Positions 39,799 to 51,113 of a stretch of 64,000 nucleotides of DNA are shown piece by piece (position 1 is the stretch's first letter; each line of letters starts with the position of its first letter). The stretch is taken from assembly GCA_963701665.1 (NCBI GenBank), contig OY969622.1, forward strand, positions 768,001-832,000. Reading direction: 5' to 3'. The notes beneath the pieces were generated by a model. It was not told the origin of the DNA and searched no databases. It worked only from the letters and a program-made list of their open reading frames with translations. The stretch is from Candidatus Babeliales bacterium (GTDB taxonomy: Bacteria; Babelota; Babeliae; Babelales; JANWKD01). A program made the position numbers and the translations under genes.

Positions 39799-40459
39799 AT
39801 CTCATCTTTTTTACCCCATTCCGCTCACAGAGATCAAAAATAGTGCACTGAGAACAGAATGGCGAAACTGGCACACAAATATTTTGTCCCCACATGACCA
39901 ATAACTTATTCCATTCAATCCAATACTCTTCAGGTAAAATTTGTTTAAGTTCCTTTTCAGTATCCTCAGGTCTTTTAGTTTTCACTAACCCTAAACGATT
40001 TGAGATACGATGCACATGAATATCAACGCATATAGCTGGTATTTTAAAAGCCACGCCAAGCACTAAATTTGCCGTTTTTGGGCCAACACCTTTTATTGAG
40101 CGCAAATCCTTGTAGGTGCATGGCACCTTACCCCCAAATCGAGTAAGAAGTTCATGGCTCACCTCTTTTAATATTTGAGCTTTTCTTTTGTAAAAACCGA
40201 TAGGTCTAATTTCATTTTCAAGCTCTGATAGCGGCATTTCGAGCAATTCTTGAGGTGTTATTACTTTTTTAAATAATGACATACTCACTTTATAAGTCAT
40301 AACATCACGAGAACGTAAGCTCAATAAACAACTAATAAGTATAATAAAAGGATCATGGCCAAATTTTTGTGCTAAATCTTCACTCATAGGTAGAGCCATT
40401 CCTCGCGTAGCCTTACGCAACATATGAATTATGGCGAGTGCCTTCTCCGTTTTATTCAT
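39797..40459 (-). CDS. nth: endonuclease III
   Basis: IKGVGPKTANLVL (HhH), VDIHVHRISNRLG, C-x6-C-x2-C-x5-C cluster motif. Confidence 0.95.
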   Translation of the reverse strand: MNKTEKALAIIHMLRKATRGMALPMSEDLAQKFGHDPFIILISCLLSLRSRDVMTYKVSMSLFKKVITPQELLEMPLSELENEIRPIGFYKRKAQILKEVSHELLTRFGGKVPCTYKDLRSIKGVGPKTANLVLGVAFKIPAICVDIHVHRISNRLGLVKTKRPEDTEKELKQILPEEYWIEWNKLLVMWGQNICVPVSPFCSQCTIFDLCERNGVKKMR

Positions 40460-40573
40460 GCAAAGATCTTTCTTGCAACATATTTTATTTCTTTATACAT
40501 ATAGTATGCCCTTATGGCAAAAAAAGGTGTACTCTTTTAAAATAAACGATCAACCTATCTGCAGGAGATCATC

Positions 40574-41500
40574 ATGAACCTTATAGAATTTTTGCGACTA
40601 AAAGAAGAATTTCTTACCTATATTGATGTTGAAAAAAATCTTTCAGAAAATACCTACCGGGCTTATGAAAGTGATTTAGACCAATTTATACTTTTTTGGA
40701 AAACCATAGAGGATAATAAAAACCCTCAAGAAATCCCCCTCAGAAGGGCTTTAGAACGATTCCTTGTATCCCTTTATCATAAAAAGATAGATAAAAGCAG
40801 TATTGCGCGTAAATTATCCTGCTTACAATCATTTGAAAAATATGCCCAAAAACAAGGAATTTCCCTTAATTTAAACGTAAAACGCCCTCGCCTTGATAAG
40901 AAATTACCCCTTTATTTGAGTATTGATGAAATCACCTACTTGCTCGATGATATAAAAAACGAAGAATTACCGACAAAAAGCCCTTTTCGTGATAAAGCCA
41001 TTTTTGAGCTTCTCTATGCCACCGGCGTACGCTGCTCAGAACTTATTGCCATACGTTTAACTGATATTGATTTTGAACAAAAAATCATAAAGATCATGGG
41101 TAAAGGCAAGAAAGAACGCATTGTGCTCTTCGGCACAAAAGCATTAAAAAAAGTGCGCGATTATTTAGATTTTGAACGAAATATATACACACCAGAATCC
41201 CCTTTTCTATTTTTAAATAACAGAAACGAGCAGTTAACCAGCAGATCTGTCCAAAGGATTTTGGAAATGTTTAGAACATTTCTTAAAATTGAACGAAAAA
41301 TTACGCCACACAAAATCCGTCATTCTTTTGCAACACATTTATTACATCAGGGCGCCGATTTGCGCACGGTACAAGAACTTTTAGGACATAAAACTATTGC
41401 AAGCACAGAAAGATATACGCATCTTGGCACGCAAGAGCTCATTGATATGTGTGATACGATCCATCCATTACACTCGTTTGAAAACAATGACACTGAATAA
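40574..41500 (+). CDS. xerC: tyrosine recombinase XerC/XerD
   Basis: LYATGVRCSE, GKGKKER, TPHKIRHSFATHLL, LLGH, TERY. Confidence 0.85.
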   Translation: MNLIEFLRLKEEFLTYIDVEKNLSENTYRAYESDLDQFILFWKTIEDNKNPQEIPLRRALERFLVSLYHKKIDKSSIARKLSCLQSFEKYAQKQGISLNLNVKRPRLDKKLPLYLSIDEITYLLDDIKNEELPTKSPFRDKAIFELLYATGVRCSELIAIRLTDIDFEQKIIKIMGKGKKERIVLFGTKALKKVRDYLDFERNIYTPESPFLFLNNRNEQLTSRSVQRILEMFRTFLKIERKITPHKIRHSFATHLLHQGADLRTVQELLGHKTIASTERYTHLGTQELIDMCDTIHPLHSFENNDTE

Positions 41501-43218
41501 TGAAATTATATAGTAATTATACTAAAAAAATTATTTCGCTGGCACACGGATTCATCTTTTTTTTGAGTATTATACTTGTACGCCTCGTATATTTACAAAT
41601 TATTTCCGCACACAGTTTTAACGCACTCAGTATTAAAAATTTTTTGCGTGTAGAATCAATTGCGTGCCCTCGAGGCAATATTCTTGATTGTAATGGCACA
41701 CTTTTGGCAACCAACCGTCCCGTAACAACAATTTATTGGCAAGGTTCAGGTAATAAAACATTTACCGAGCCACAATGCGTAATCATAGAAAAAGTAAGTG
41801 AAATACTTACTATCCCCGTTGAAAATCTTACTCGATCATTACACTATGCTGAAAAAACAGCAACCATTGCTACGATCGCCTCAGACGTCTCATTCAAAGA
41901 GCTAAGCCTTATTATTGAACAGTTTCCTATGACACAGAATATTTATATCGATACGAGTTATAAGCGATTTTATCCCTACAAAAATGTCGCAAGCCATATT
42001 CTTGGTCATTTAAATAAAATGGATAAAGATACACAGGGGAAAATGGGCTTAGAAAAAATTTTACATACACAGCTGCAAGGCCAAGAAGGTCAGCTACAAA
42101 AAACAATCAATTCCGTGGGCAGTAAAATTCAAGAAACAGAGTTGAAAAAAGCACTCGCCGGCGATGATATTATAACAACGATCGATCTCCCCCTACAATT
42201 ATTAGCAGAATCACTTTTTCCCGATGGCTACGCGGGCACACTCATTCTCATGAATCCAAAAGATGGTGCCATTAAGGCACTCGTTTCAAAACCAAATTTT
42301 GATCCGAGCCTCTTTTTAGATGGCATCAAGCTTCCTGATTGGCAAGATTTACAACAAGGAAAACCGTTTTTAAATCGAGCGTTTGATACCTGCTATCCGC
42401 CCGCGTCTACGTTCAAATTAATTACCATAAGCGCGGCACTCGAGCAAGGTATCGTAAAACCGGATGATTGTCTTTATTGCACCGGCTACTTCAATTTTTT
42501 CGGCAGACGGTATTATTGTGATAAACGCTCGGGCCATGGACAAATTTCAGTAAAAGAGGCTGTTGCAAAATCATGCAACATATTATTTTATTACATCGCG
42601 ACTAAAATTTCAGTTGATCTCCTGGCCCATTATGCACACATTTTCGGCTTTGGCTCAAAAACAAATATTATTTTCCCTGAAAAATCCGGCCTCGTTCCCT
42701 CGTGTGAATGGAAACTCAAGGAAAAAGGCGAACGTTGGTGGCAGGGAGAAACATTATCATGTGCCATTGGACAAAGCTATTTATTGGCAACACCAATTCA
42801 AATCATGCGCATGATTTCCAGCATTTTCGAAGGCTATTTAGTGACACCGCGGATTCTTGAACAGGAGCCTATTGCGCGCGATCCCCTTCAACTTCAAGAA
42901 TCTACGCGAAAATTTCTAAAAAAATACATGAAATTAGCAGTAAAAATCGGCACGTGCGCCAAGTTAAAATCACTTAATGGTTTAAAAATATTTGCAAAAA
43001 CAGGAACTGCACAAACGTGCAGTTTATCGCGCGCTAAAAATATGGGACCAAATTCGATTCCTCATGCATGGTTTGTTTGTTATTTTTATTATGAAAAGGA
43101 CGAACCGCTTACCCTCGTTATTCTCATTGAACACGCGGGCAGTTCACGCGTTGCAACTTCCGTTGCAAAAGAATTTCTCAATGGGTATTACGCACAAAAA
43201 ATTTCATTCAAACAATAA
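41500..43218 (+). CDS. mrdA: penicillin-binding protein 2 (class B transpeptidase)
   Basis: PRGNILD, YPPASTFK (SxxK), SCN, KTGTAQ, HAWF. Confidence 0.9.
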   Translation: MKLYSNYTKKIISLAHGFIFFLSIILVRLVYLQIISAHSFNALSIKNFLRVESIACPRGNILDCNGTLLATNRPVTTIYWQGSGNKTFTEPQCVIIEKVSEILTIPVENLTRSLHYAEKTATIATIASDVSFKELSLIIEQFPMTQNIYIDTSYKRFYPYKNVASHILGHLNKMDKDTQGKMGLEKILHTQLQGQEGQLQKTINSVGSKIQETELKKALAGDDIITTIDLPLQLLAESLFPDGYAGTLILMNPKDGAIKALVSKPNFDPSLFLDGIKLPDWQDLQQGKPFLNRAFDTCYPPASTFKLITISAALEQGIVKPDDCLYCTGYFNFFGRRYYCDKRSGHGQISVKEAVAKSCNILFYYIATKISVDLLAHYAHIFGFGSKTNIIFPEKSGLVPSCEWKLKEKGERWWQGETLSCAIGQSYLLATPIQIMRMISSIFEGYLVTPRILEQEPIARDPLQLQESTRKFLKKYMKLAVKIGTCAKLKSLNGLKIFAKTGTAQTCSLSRAKNMGPNSIPHAWFVCYFYYEKDEPLTLVILIEHAGSSRVATSVAKEFLNGYYAQKISFKQ

Positions 43219-43286
43219 TCACTTCTCATGGATCATTTAAAAAAATTATACTTTGTACTAATAACATTAATTAGTGTGAGGTAGTT

Positions 43287-44324
43287 ATGAATAACATTTG
43301 CTTTGTTATGCACATTTTTTTATTGAATACAATCCTTTTACATGCGCAAGATAATGAAGGTAAAAACGTAACACGGCCAAGATCTGCATCAACTGATTAT
43401 GCATTCACATCAAACAAGTCTCCCAAACGTTTTAAAAATCCCCAATTACAACAAGAAGCAGAAAACTATAACAAAACAATAGAAGATGGCGAGTGCTTAC
43501 AATGGGTTTTAAAACAAAAGCAATCAAATACTATTAAGGATAAACGTGCTCAATTTAGATGTGCCTTAAGATTATTCACTCACTATCAAACAGGTAATCT
43601 CGATGCAATTAACGAAGAAATACTACCTGATTTTAAGAAGGGAGTTTATGGTTTAGGTGCCGATTATCATTATAATCTGGGGTTGTATCATGAAAAAAAA
43701 GCTTTACAACATTTGAAGAACTATGGAGAACAATCACCTCGAACAAAAGTCACCCATCAAGTATTACGTAAAGCAATAAGTCGATGTGAAAAGGCACGAT
43801 TGGCAATACACGATGCTCATAGTATGAATGACGATCCAATAATTAAAGAAAAATTACATGAGATAAATGCATTGTACTTTAGGTTAAGTAGCATGTTAGA
43901 AAAAACACCTGAATATCGACAAGGCATTGAAAAAGCCAAGCTCGCTTATAAGAAACAAGAATCAGGTAAAGACAGCCTCAAACGATCTCAAGCAAAGACA
44001 CTCCAACAAACTACTTATTTGGACCTATTGGGCGAGGCTAAAAAGAGTCTCTTTGCCGCTGCCGATAATTATTTGGATTCTGCTCAGCTTATCTTAGACA
44101 GACACACATTAAGGGCTGCAGAAAAAAATTTAGACCAAATTCTCGACATTGAGACGGAACTCTATGAATCAAATCCAAATACCTACACTACTGAGCCTAG
44201 AATAAAAAGAGTACAAGAAACATTGGCAACATTAAAAGCAAAACTTAAAGATCAAGAAATGGGCATAAGTAGCGTTGAAGATAGCCTTGAATTTCCCGTT
44301 GATCATGAAAAAAGAAACTCATAG
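43287..44324 (+). CDS. hypothetical exported helical protein
   Basis: Signal peptide ending LLHA; 345 aa. Confidence 0.6.
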   Translation: MNNICFVMHIFLLNTILLHAQDNEGKNVTRPRSASTDYAFTSNKSPKRFKNPQLQQEAENYNKTIEDGECLQWVLKQKQSNTIKDKRAQFRCALRLFTHYQTGNLDAINEEILPDFKKGVYGLGADYHYNLGLYHEKKALQHLKNYGEQSPRTKVTHQVLRKAISRCEKARLAIHDAHSMNDDPIIKEKLHEINALYFRLSSMLEKTPEYRQGIEKAKLAYKKQESGKDSLKRSQAKTLQQTTYLDLLGEAKKSLFAAADNYLDSAQLILDRHTLRAAEKNLDQILDIETELYESNPNTYTTEPRIKRVQETLATLKAKLKDQEMGISSVEDSLEFPVDHEKRNS

Positions 44325-44428
44325 ACAATGCATTTATTTCTTTAAATCATAAGATTATATTCATTTTTATCTGATAAAACGTGTAGTATCATTTCAGATT
44401 AATGTTGCTATTTAGGTAAAGGGAATAC

Positions 44429-45553
44429 ATGAAAAAAATTATTTTTATCTTTGTTGTATTTCTTAATTTTAGTATTTATCCCATGAAAGATGATGATAAA
44501 AATAATGACTCATCTCATGCGCACCAAGCACAATCATTGAGCAGAGGTGATAACTCTTTAGGTGAATTGAAGAGGCACAGAAGACGAAGATCTTTGACTG
44601 ATAGCACAGCTAAAAAAATTATAAAAAAAAAAGATCTCACTGTACCTGAAAATTTAGTTTACCCCAGAAAACACCCAAAAGATACAACGCCAACTTTTTT
44701 ACATCCTATACTCTATATGGTAGGAAAACGTCCCGGAGCTAGGGCGCAAGCGCAGGGATTACAAATTTTAAAATTTTTTATTGAAAAGTACGACGATCCA
44801 TATAAAAAAGAATGCCTTATAGAGATCACAGAATATTTCATACGTCTTCATAAAGTAAAATGTAATAAGTATCTAAAGGAAAGCGAACTCTACTTTAACG
44901 CAGAAAAAATCCCCAATGCAAGCACACGGCAAATACAATTACTCAAAGCACAACAAAAAACAAAACAAGCTTTAAAACATCTCCAATTGGAGGCAAATTT
45001 AAGGCAAGAAAAAGTTGAAAAATTGCCAGAATTCCAAGAAACAACTAACCAGATGCAACAAATACAAAAAGAATTGGGTTCAACGCCGAATTATACGATA
45101 ATATCTGAGCTTCAAGCTAAAGCTGAAGCAAAAGAAAGATTAGCCCAAGAACAGTTAAGGGCTGCTCTTGAAGCAAAAAGTGAATCAACATCCTATCCTG
45201 AGGCTGCAGAGTTATCAAAAAATAATAAATCAACGAAATCGGGAGTGCTCACGATCTTAGCGGATAAAAGGAAAAATTTAGAACTATTACGTGAAAAAAA
45301 AGGGGGATCATTAACTTCATTTTTGATGAGAAAACCCGAATCGCACGATAAAGAGGTCAGTGTAGTTTCACCGAATGTAGGTCAACATACATTTGATGCC
45401 TTTCCACCCAATCCACAAAAAAAAGTAAGGAAATTTCAAGTTACCCACGAACAATCACAAGGTAAGGCAGTTACTCTTGAACGAAAAGTACACCAAGGGG
45501 ATAAGAAAAAAGGACAGGAGAAAAACTCAAGTTCGGATGAGGAAAGCGCATAA
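44429..45553 (+). CDS. hypothetical exported protein with basic clusters
   Basis: Signal peptide (..SIYP-M); KRHRRRRS...KKIIKKK; coiled coil. Confidence 0.6.
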   Translation: MKKIIFIFVVFLNFSIYPMKDDDKNNDSSHAHQAQSLSRGDNSLGELKRHRRRRSLTDSTAKKIIKKKDLTVPENLVYPRKHPKDTTPTFLHPILYMVGKRPGARAQAQGLQILKFFIEKYDDPYKKECLIEITEYFIRLHKVKCNKYLKESELYFNAEKIPNASTRQIQLLKAQQKTKQALKHLQLEANLRQEKVEKLPEFQETTNQMQQIQKELGSTPNYTIISELQAKAEAKERLAQEQLRAALEAKSESTSYPEAAELSKNNKSTKSGVLTILADKRKNLELLREKKGGSLTSFLMRKPESHDKEVSVVSPNVGQHTFDAFPPNPQKKVRKFQVTHEQSQGKAVTLERKVHQGDKKKGQEKNSSSDEESA

Positions 45554-45555
45554 AA

Positions 45556-45587
45556 AAAAGGAGAATAACTATAATCGTTCTCCTTTT
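45556..45587. terminator. bidirectional terminator
   Basis: AAAAGGAGAA/TTCTCCTTTT between convergent genes. Confidence 0.7.
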
Positions 45588-45595
45588 AACAACGC

Positions 45596-45868
45596 TTACT
45601 TTTTATTTGCAGCATTAATTTTTTTTGCAAGACGACTTACTTTTCGTGAAGCCGATTTAGGATGCAGCGTATTTTTACCTTTAGCGCGTGCCAACTTTGA
45701 TTCAGCATCTCTAAGAAGTGATTGCAAGGTAGTGCTATCTTCTTTGCTTTCGAGAGCCACTAACACTTTTTTAACTGCTGTTTTGAGAGATGTTTTGCGA
45801 ATGAGATTTTTCTGGCGACGAGTAATATTTTTTCGTGCCTGTTTTTTTGCTGATTTTGTATTTGCCAT
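45596..45868 (-). CDS. rpsT: 30S ribosomal protein S20
   Basis: MANTKSAKKQ..., LHPKSASRKVSRLAK. Confidence 0.96.
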   Translation of the reverse strand: MANTKSAKKQARKNITRRQKNLIRKTSLKTAVKKVLVALESKEDSTTLQSLLRDAESKLARAKGKNTLHPKSASRKVSRLAKKINAANKK

Positions 45869-45887
45869 TGTTTAGTGAACCCTATTT

Positions 45888-46085
45888 CTAAATTACTTTT
45901 TCAACTTTGCCCGCTTTGACACATTTAGTACATACTGCGCCACGTTTAACATTTTTAGTACCAGTCATGGTGAATGAAATTTTATGAACGTTTGGGTAGG
46001 TCCAACGTTTAACTCTATTTCGAGCATGACTGACTAAGTTGCCAACATGAGGGCGTTTCGTACATACAACACAAATTCTTGACAT
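45888..46085 (-). CDS. rpmB: 50S ribosomal protein L28
   Basis: MSRICVVC..GNLVSHARNRVKR..PN, VCTKCVK. Confidence 0.95.
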   Translation of the reverse strand: MSRICVVCTKRPHVGNLVSHARNRVKRWTYPNVHKISFTMTGTKNVKRGAVCTKCVKAGKVEKVI

Positions 46086-46177
46086 GATGCCCAAAATCCT
46101 TTCATAGACTAATAAATCTTTATAAGTATAGCTTATATACCTATTTTTTCAACACACTAATTCCCGCATATAAGCTT

Positions 46178-48820
46178 TTAAGACAACTTAAAATCCTGAC
46201 GAGGTTCAATCCCAAGAAGGGCGTAAATTTCACTGGCAAATAATGTTTCTTTTTCATATAAAACGTTAGCCAACTTCTCGAGCTTATCACGATTGTTTTT
46301 CAAGAGTTGAATAACCTTTTGGTAAGAGCTTTCAAGCAACTTTTGTACCTCAGCATCGATACGTTCAGCTGTTTTTTGGGAGTATTGGTATTCACCCTGG
46401 TTTTGGGTATATACCACTGGCCCCATTTCCTCTGACATACCATAATGGCATACCATTTTACGCGCTATTTCAGTAGCTTTTTCAAAATCATTAGAAGCCC
46501 CGGTAGCAAGCACATTAAAGACTAATTCTTCAGCCGCTCGCCCGCCTAAGCATACCATGATTACCGCAAGCATTTCCTCCCTCGTTTGAGTATATTTGTC
46601 TTTCTCCGGTAGCGAGTGCGTTACTCCTAACGCTCGACCACGCGGAATAATAGTAACTTTATGGAGTGGGTCACTATGTTCTGGCATCAGTAATCTAACG
46701 AGCGCATGTCCTGATTCATGAAATGCGGTAATTTTTCGTTCTTCTGGGGAAAGTATAATAGTCTTAAGTGCTTTACCCAGCATCATTTTATCACTCGCTT
46801 CTTCAAAATCATGAACGGTAACAAATTCTTGTTGCGGATCTTTTGAAGCATTTAAAGCAGCTTCATTGACTAAATTAGCTAGATCAGCGCCCGAAAATCC
46901 TGGTGTTCCGCGAGCAATTTTGCTCAAGTCAACGGCAACATCTAATTTTACATTTTTAGCATGGAGCTTTAATATTTTTTCTCGACAGGTAATATCGGGA
47001 TAAGGAACTTCTACACGTCTATCAAATCTGCCCGGTCGTAAAAGTGCTTTATCGAGTGTTTCTGGTCTGTTTGTTGCAGCCATAACAATCACCGATGTTC
47101 CTTCAGTATCAAAGCCATCCATTTCTGTTAATAACTGATTGAGGGTTTGGTTACGTTCTTCATGGCCACCAATACCAGTCACCCGTTTAGCACCAACTGC
47201 ATCAATTTCATCAATGAATATGATACTTGGATTGTGCTTGCGCGCCTGGTTAAATAAATCACGCACGCGTGAAGCGCCAACACCAACATACATTTCAACA
47301 AATTCCGAAGCACTCACCGAAAAGAAAGGGCAATTTGCTTCGCCAGCAACTGCCTTTGCGAGCAATGTTTTACCATTACCCGGCTCACCGACAAGCAAAA
47401 TACCACGGGTGATTTTAGCACCAAGGCGCTTATAGCGTTCGGGATTCTTCAAAAAGTCGACGACATCTTTTAATTCTTCTTTTGCTTCTTCAACACCAGC
47501 TACATCAGCAAAGGTACATTTGACTTGAGATGGCATAAATAATTTTGCTTTTGCATTGCCTTTTGCTGCAGTACTAAGATTTGATGATTGATTTCTTTGC
47601 GATTCAAGCATAACTTTATGCGCTTCTTCAAGATCCTGCTGATCAACACATTCTTTATTTTTTTTAGAAGCATTAATTGCTGCTTTATTCATAAGATTTG
47701 CAAGATCAGCACCGCTAAAGCCTGCAGTTTCTTCAGCAACTTTTTTTAAGTTAACATCCGCACTCATCTTCAATGCTTGAGCGTTTATTGCTAAAATTTG
47801 TTCTCGGCTTGGCGTATCAGGAAATGAAACTTCAACACGGCGATCAAATCTTCCTGGTCGTAAAAGCGCTTTATCTAAAACATCAGGCATATTTGTTGCG
47901 GCAATAACAATGACTGAAGATCCAGCCGTATCAAAACCATCCATTTCAGTAAGTAATTGGTTGAGCGTTTGCTCACGTTCATCGTGACCCCCGCCAAAAC
48001 CACTCCCTCGTTGACGACCAATAGCATCTATTTCATCAATGAAAACAATACTTGGCGCGTGTTTACGAGCTTGTGCAAAAAGATCACGCACGCGTGCAGC
48101 ACCAACGCCAACAAAAACCTCGATAAAATCTGAACCAGTAATACTGAAAAACGGGCAATTTGCTTCGCCAGCGACTGCTTTTGCAAGTAAGGTTTTACCA
48201 TTCCCTGGCTCACCTATCAATAAAACACCGCGGGTAACTTTAGCCCCTAATCGCTTGTATTTTTCGGGATTTTTCAAGAAATCTACAACATCTTTAAGCT
48301 CTTCTTTTGCGTCGTGGGCACCTGCCACCGATTTAAAGGTAACTTTTATCGTAGAAGGCATAAACATTTTTGCTTTACTTTTGCCCATACTAAAGATATT
48401 ACTGCCGCCGCCTGAACCACGACTTTGTTTGAAGAAATACCAAAAACCAAGTGGCATAAGAAGGAAAGAAGCAATCAACAGTAAATGCCAGAAACTAAAC
48501 TGTGATGATAACGGCGCGACTGAGAATTGAACATTATGGTCACGCAAGAGATCAAGATTCTTTGGATTATCAGCAACGACGGTTTCAAAATGGGTATCAT
48601 CTTTCATGATGCCATACACATCTTGACCATTGATATGTACTGATTTTACTTCATTATTTTCAATTGCATCCAAATACTTTGAATAAGAAATATTTTTTAC
48701 TTGTCGCGTGTAATCAGTTAATTTAGTGAGTAACGCGATAGATATTACAAAGAAAAGGACTACAAAGACTAAGTGTTTAGGCCCGCGTGCAAAAGGATTA
48801 TTTTTTAATTTGTGTCTCAT
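46178..48820 (-). CDS. ftsH: ATP-dependent zinc metalloprotease FtsH with tandem AAA+ domains
   Basis: Two TM helices; two [24 protein letters not shown] sets 825 bp apart; one HESGH M41 domain. Confidence 0.96.
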   Translation of the reverse strand: MRHKLKNNPFARGPKHLVFVVLFFVISIALLTKLTDYTRQVKNISYSKYLDAIENNEVKSVHINGQDVYGIMKDDTHFETVVADNPKNLDLLRDHNVQFSVAPLSSQFSFWHLLLIASFLLMPLGFWYFFKQSRGSGGGSNIFSMGKSKAKMFMPSTIKVTFKSVAGAHDAKEELKDVVDFLKNPEKYKRLGAKVTRGVLLIGEPGNGKTLLAKAVAGEANCPFFSITGSDFIEVFVGVGAARVRDLFAQARKHAPSIVFIDEIDAIGRQRGSGFGGGHDEREQTLNQLLTEMDGFDTAGSSVIVIAATNMPDVLDKALLRPGRFDRRVEVSFPDTPSREQILAINAQALKMSADVNLKKVAEETAGFSGADLANLMNKAAINASKKNKECVDQQDLEEAHKVMLESQRNQSSNLSTAAKGNAKAKLFMPSQVKCTFADVAGVEEAKEELKDVVDFLKNPERYKRLGAKITRGILLVGEPGNGKTLLAKAVAGEANCPFFSVSASEFVEMYVGVGASRVRDLFNQARKHNPSIIFIDEIDAVGAKRVTGIGGHEERNQTLNQLLTEMDGFDTEGTSVIVMAATNRPETLDKALLRPGRFDRRVEVPYPDITCREKILKLHAKNVKLDVAVDLSKIARGTPGFSGADLANLVNEAALNASKDPQQEFVTVHDFEEASDKMMLGKALKTIILSPEERKITAFHESGHALVRLLMPEHSDPLHKVTIIPRGRALGVTHSLPEKDKYTQTREEMLAVIMVCLGGRAAEELVFNVLATGASNDFEKATEIARKMVCHYGMSEEMGPVVYTQNQGEYQYSQKTAERIDAEVQKLLESSYQKVIQLLKNNRDKLEKLANVLYEKETLFASEIYALLGIEPRQDFKLS

Positions 48821-48997
48821 AATACACCCATTCTTACTTAAATTTTCACATAAAATTGGAGCATAAGCCATTTCGTGACAGAATCATGAAATGGATCTGA
48901 TAATATATTCTAATTGTACTATAAAATATAAAAAATTGAAAGTTCTGAGTAATTATATTATAAAAGATGCGTACTGTCGATCTTTTCTGAAGAAAAA

Positions 48998-50305
48998 TTA
49001 GGCGAAAATACCTATATCAGCATACTTGCCGGACCAGGCAGGGTAACTACATTCTTCGCCCTCTTTTGTTAAGAAAAACCGTTCTTGGGTAATCATATTT
49101 TGGACAGCGATTCTGCTTTTCTGCCCTTCTTTATAGACATACGCAAGATAATTCCCACAGGGTGACCAGGTACATTCATCCTTACTCCCTCGGTCAAAAG
49201 TAAGCTGATAATGTTCATTGGTAGTCCTATTATACACGAAAATTTGCATATCGTTACCAATTAACTTTGAATAGGCCACTCTGCCTGTTTTATCACATAC
49301 TTGGGGCGAAGCACAATACCCCCCCTGGGTTATCCGCCTTATAAGGCCAGTATCATGGCTTAGAAGGTAAATTTGTGGGCTTTTGGTTTCATAATCAGAG
49401 CAAAAAATAATGTCCCCATTGGCACAAATGTTGGGGGAAGTATTATTTCCTTGGTTAAACGTTATACGCCGATTAACGCCCTTTCTTGATGTGGCATCTA
49501 TATAATAAAGGTATATCTGGCAACTATTTTTGTGCGAGGCACAATAGGCCACTTTTTGACCGTCGGGAGAAAAGTTGGCTAGCATAGTCAATCCATCACC
49601 ATTCGATATGATTTTCCTCTTGCCATCCAACTGAGCAGCCATCAATCTAATATTGGCTGGTGTTACTTCAGAATATAATACCGAAGGATTGTTATTATCT
49701 TTATTCCAACGGGGTCCTAATAGTTTACCACCCTGCACCAAGGTAACTGGTACATCATGAGCGCATGGATCTTGAATGACAATGTTCTTTAAACATTTTT
49801 TACCTTTTTTGACGGTAGTGCAATACGCAATCTTCGTTAAAAAAACACTTTCTTGTCCCGTTAATACCTGCCAGATTTGATCTGCAACACTATGAGCAGT
49901 TGCTTTTGCTGATTTTTGTAAACGCACTTTTTTGCCATCAAGCATGGTACCATTCTGAGTATCGTATATACGCCATTCAACAGTATCGCCACTATACGAA
50001 AGAAAAATTACTACCGAAAAGCCTTGGTCAAAAAAAGTTCGTATTGTTTTTTTTGTTGGTATTTTGGCTAGTACATCCCAATGAACATTAAACCCACTCA
50101 GTTTTTGCTCGGAACATGTTAAATCTTGTGCAACTTTTTTTACAATTGCGCCTAACTCTTGGGAAGTATCCAATGCGATAAGCAGCAATTTCATTTTTTC
50201 TTGCTGTTGACGTGTTGCATCAACTTTTATCGTTTGCTTTGGCATTTGCATAGCATGCACACACCAAATGCTTCCCGCCAACCAAATTAAATGCATCAAT
50301 TTCAT
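48998..50305 (-). CDS. tolB: Tol-Pal beta-propeller protein TolB
   Basis: AHSVADQIWQVLTG..F.TKIAY; FSPDG/WSP repeats; operon order tolQ-R-A-B. Confidence 0.85.
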   Translation of the reverse strand: MKLMHLIWLAGSIWCVHAMQMPKQTIKVDATRQQQEKMKLLLIALDTSQELGAIVKKVAQDLTCSEQKLSGFNVHWDVLAKIPTKKTIRTFFDQGFSVVIFLSYSGDTVEWRIYDTQNGTMLDGKKVRLQKSAKATAHSVADQIWQVLTGQESVFLTKIAYCTTVKKGKKCLKNIVIQDPCAHDVPVTLVQGGKLLGPRWNKDNNNPSVLYSEVTPANIRLMAAQLDGKRKIISNGDGLTMLANFSPDGQKVAYCASHKNSCQIYLYYIDATSRKGVNRRITFNQGNNTSPNICANGDIIFCSDYETKSPQIYLLSHDTGLIRRITQGGYCASPQVCDKTGRVAYSKLIGNDMQIFVYNRTTNEHYQLTFDRGSKDECTWSPCGNYLAYVYKEGQKSRIAVQNMITQERFFLTKEGEECSYPAWSGKYADIGIFA

Positions 50306-50324
50306 AACGTTGCCCCTCGGATGA

Positions 50325-51113
50325 TTAAAAAATTAATTCAATTTCGGTATGCCATAACGCGCGCGGGAAAGGATATTGAGCGACAAAATTCTTTACCATA
50401 ATATCAAGAGCGAGCGCGTGCGATGACTTCACAATGGTCACCGTACGCTCGGTTTCAGAACGTACGCATACTTTTACATGACATTGTTCAGTCGAGGGTA
50501 TATTCGTCGGACGTCGCCATGTTTTTGCGATGCCCGCTTTTATTTCGTTACACAAGGTAATTAATGCTAAATCATAATGACCAACTTGCTGTAGAGTTGT
50601 TGTCGTTGTAGCAGTATCGATCATCGCAGGCATTTTCTGCGAGGGTTGAGCTCGAACTACCGGTTCGATTTTTTTAGTTTTTTCTTTTTTAATGTCAGGT
50701 TTTTTTTCTACTTCTTTTTTTACCGATTTTTGTGGTTCGGGTATCGGTAATTTTTTGGCAGGTTCCTCTTTTTTCTTTTGAGGCTCTTGAATTTTCTTTG
50801 GCTGTAATTCTTTTGCTATCTGCGTCGTTGGCTGTGCACTCGGAACTTTTTTTTGTGCACGCGTTTCTTTTACTGCCTGCGCACGCGTTTGTGCGTTTGG
50901 CGTAATAGTTTTTATAAGCGGCACTAAGACAACCGTTGTACCATCAGAAATATCATGCAAGCGCACTATGTGGGCCAATCGCCACGATTGCACCATCATA
51001 AGTGCAAGAAAAAAAATCAGATGTAAGGTTGCTGAAAAAAATACGAGCTTTGTAAGAAAGATTGTTTTTCTAGGCAGCTTTGGTAGCAAGCTTTTCAGTT
51101 GCAATGGCAACAT
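50325..51113 (-). CDS. TolA/TonB-like energy transducer
   Basis: TM helix with S-x3-H (SATLH), K/P/E-rich linker, C-terminal domain with WRRP. Confidence 0.7.
   Translation of the reverse strand: MLPLQLKSLLPKLPRKTIFLTKLVFFSATLHLIFFLALMMVQSWRLAHIVRLHDISDGTTVVLVPLIKTITPNAQTRAQAVKETRAQKKVPSAQPTTQIAKELQPKKIQEPQKKKEEPAKKLPIPEPQKSVKKEVEKKPDIKKEKTKKIEPVVRAQPSQKMPAMIDTATTTTTLQQVGHYDLALITLCNEIKAGIAKTWRRPTNIPSTEQCHVKVCVRSETERTVTIVKSSHALALDIMVKNFVAQYPFPRALWHTEIELIF

Noticed and set aside
40574..41500. Tyrosine recombinase as a prophage or island integrase
   Set aside because: Length and motifs fit chromosomal XerC/D; coupled to mrdA, with no att sites or phage genes nearby
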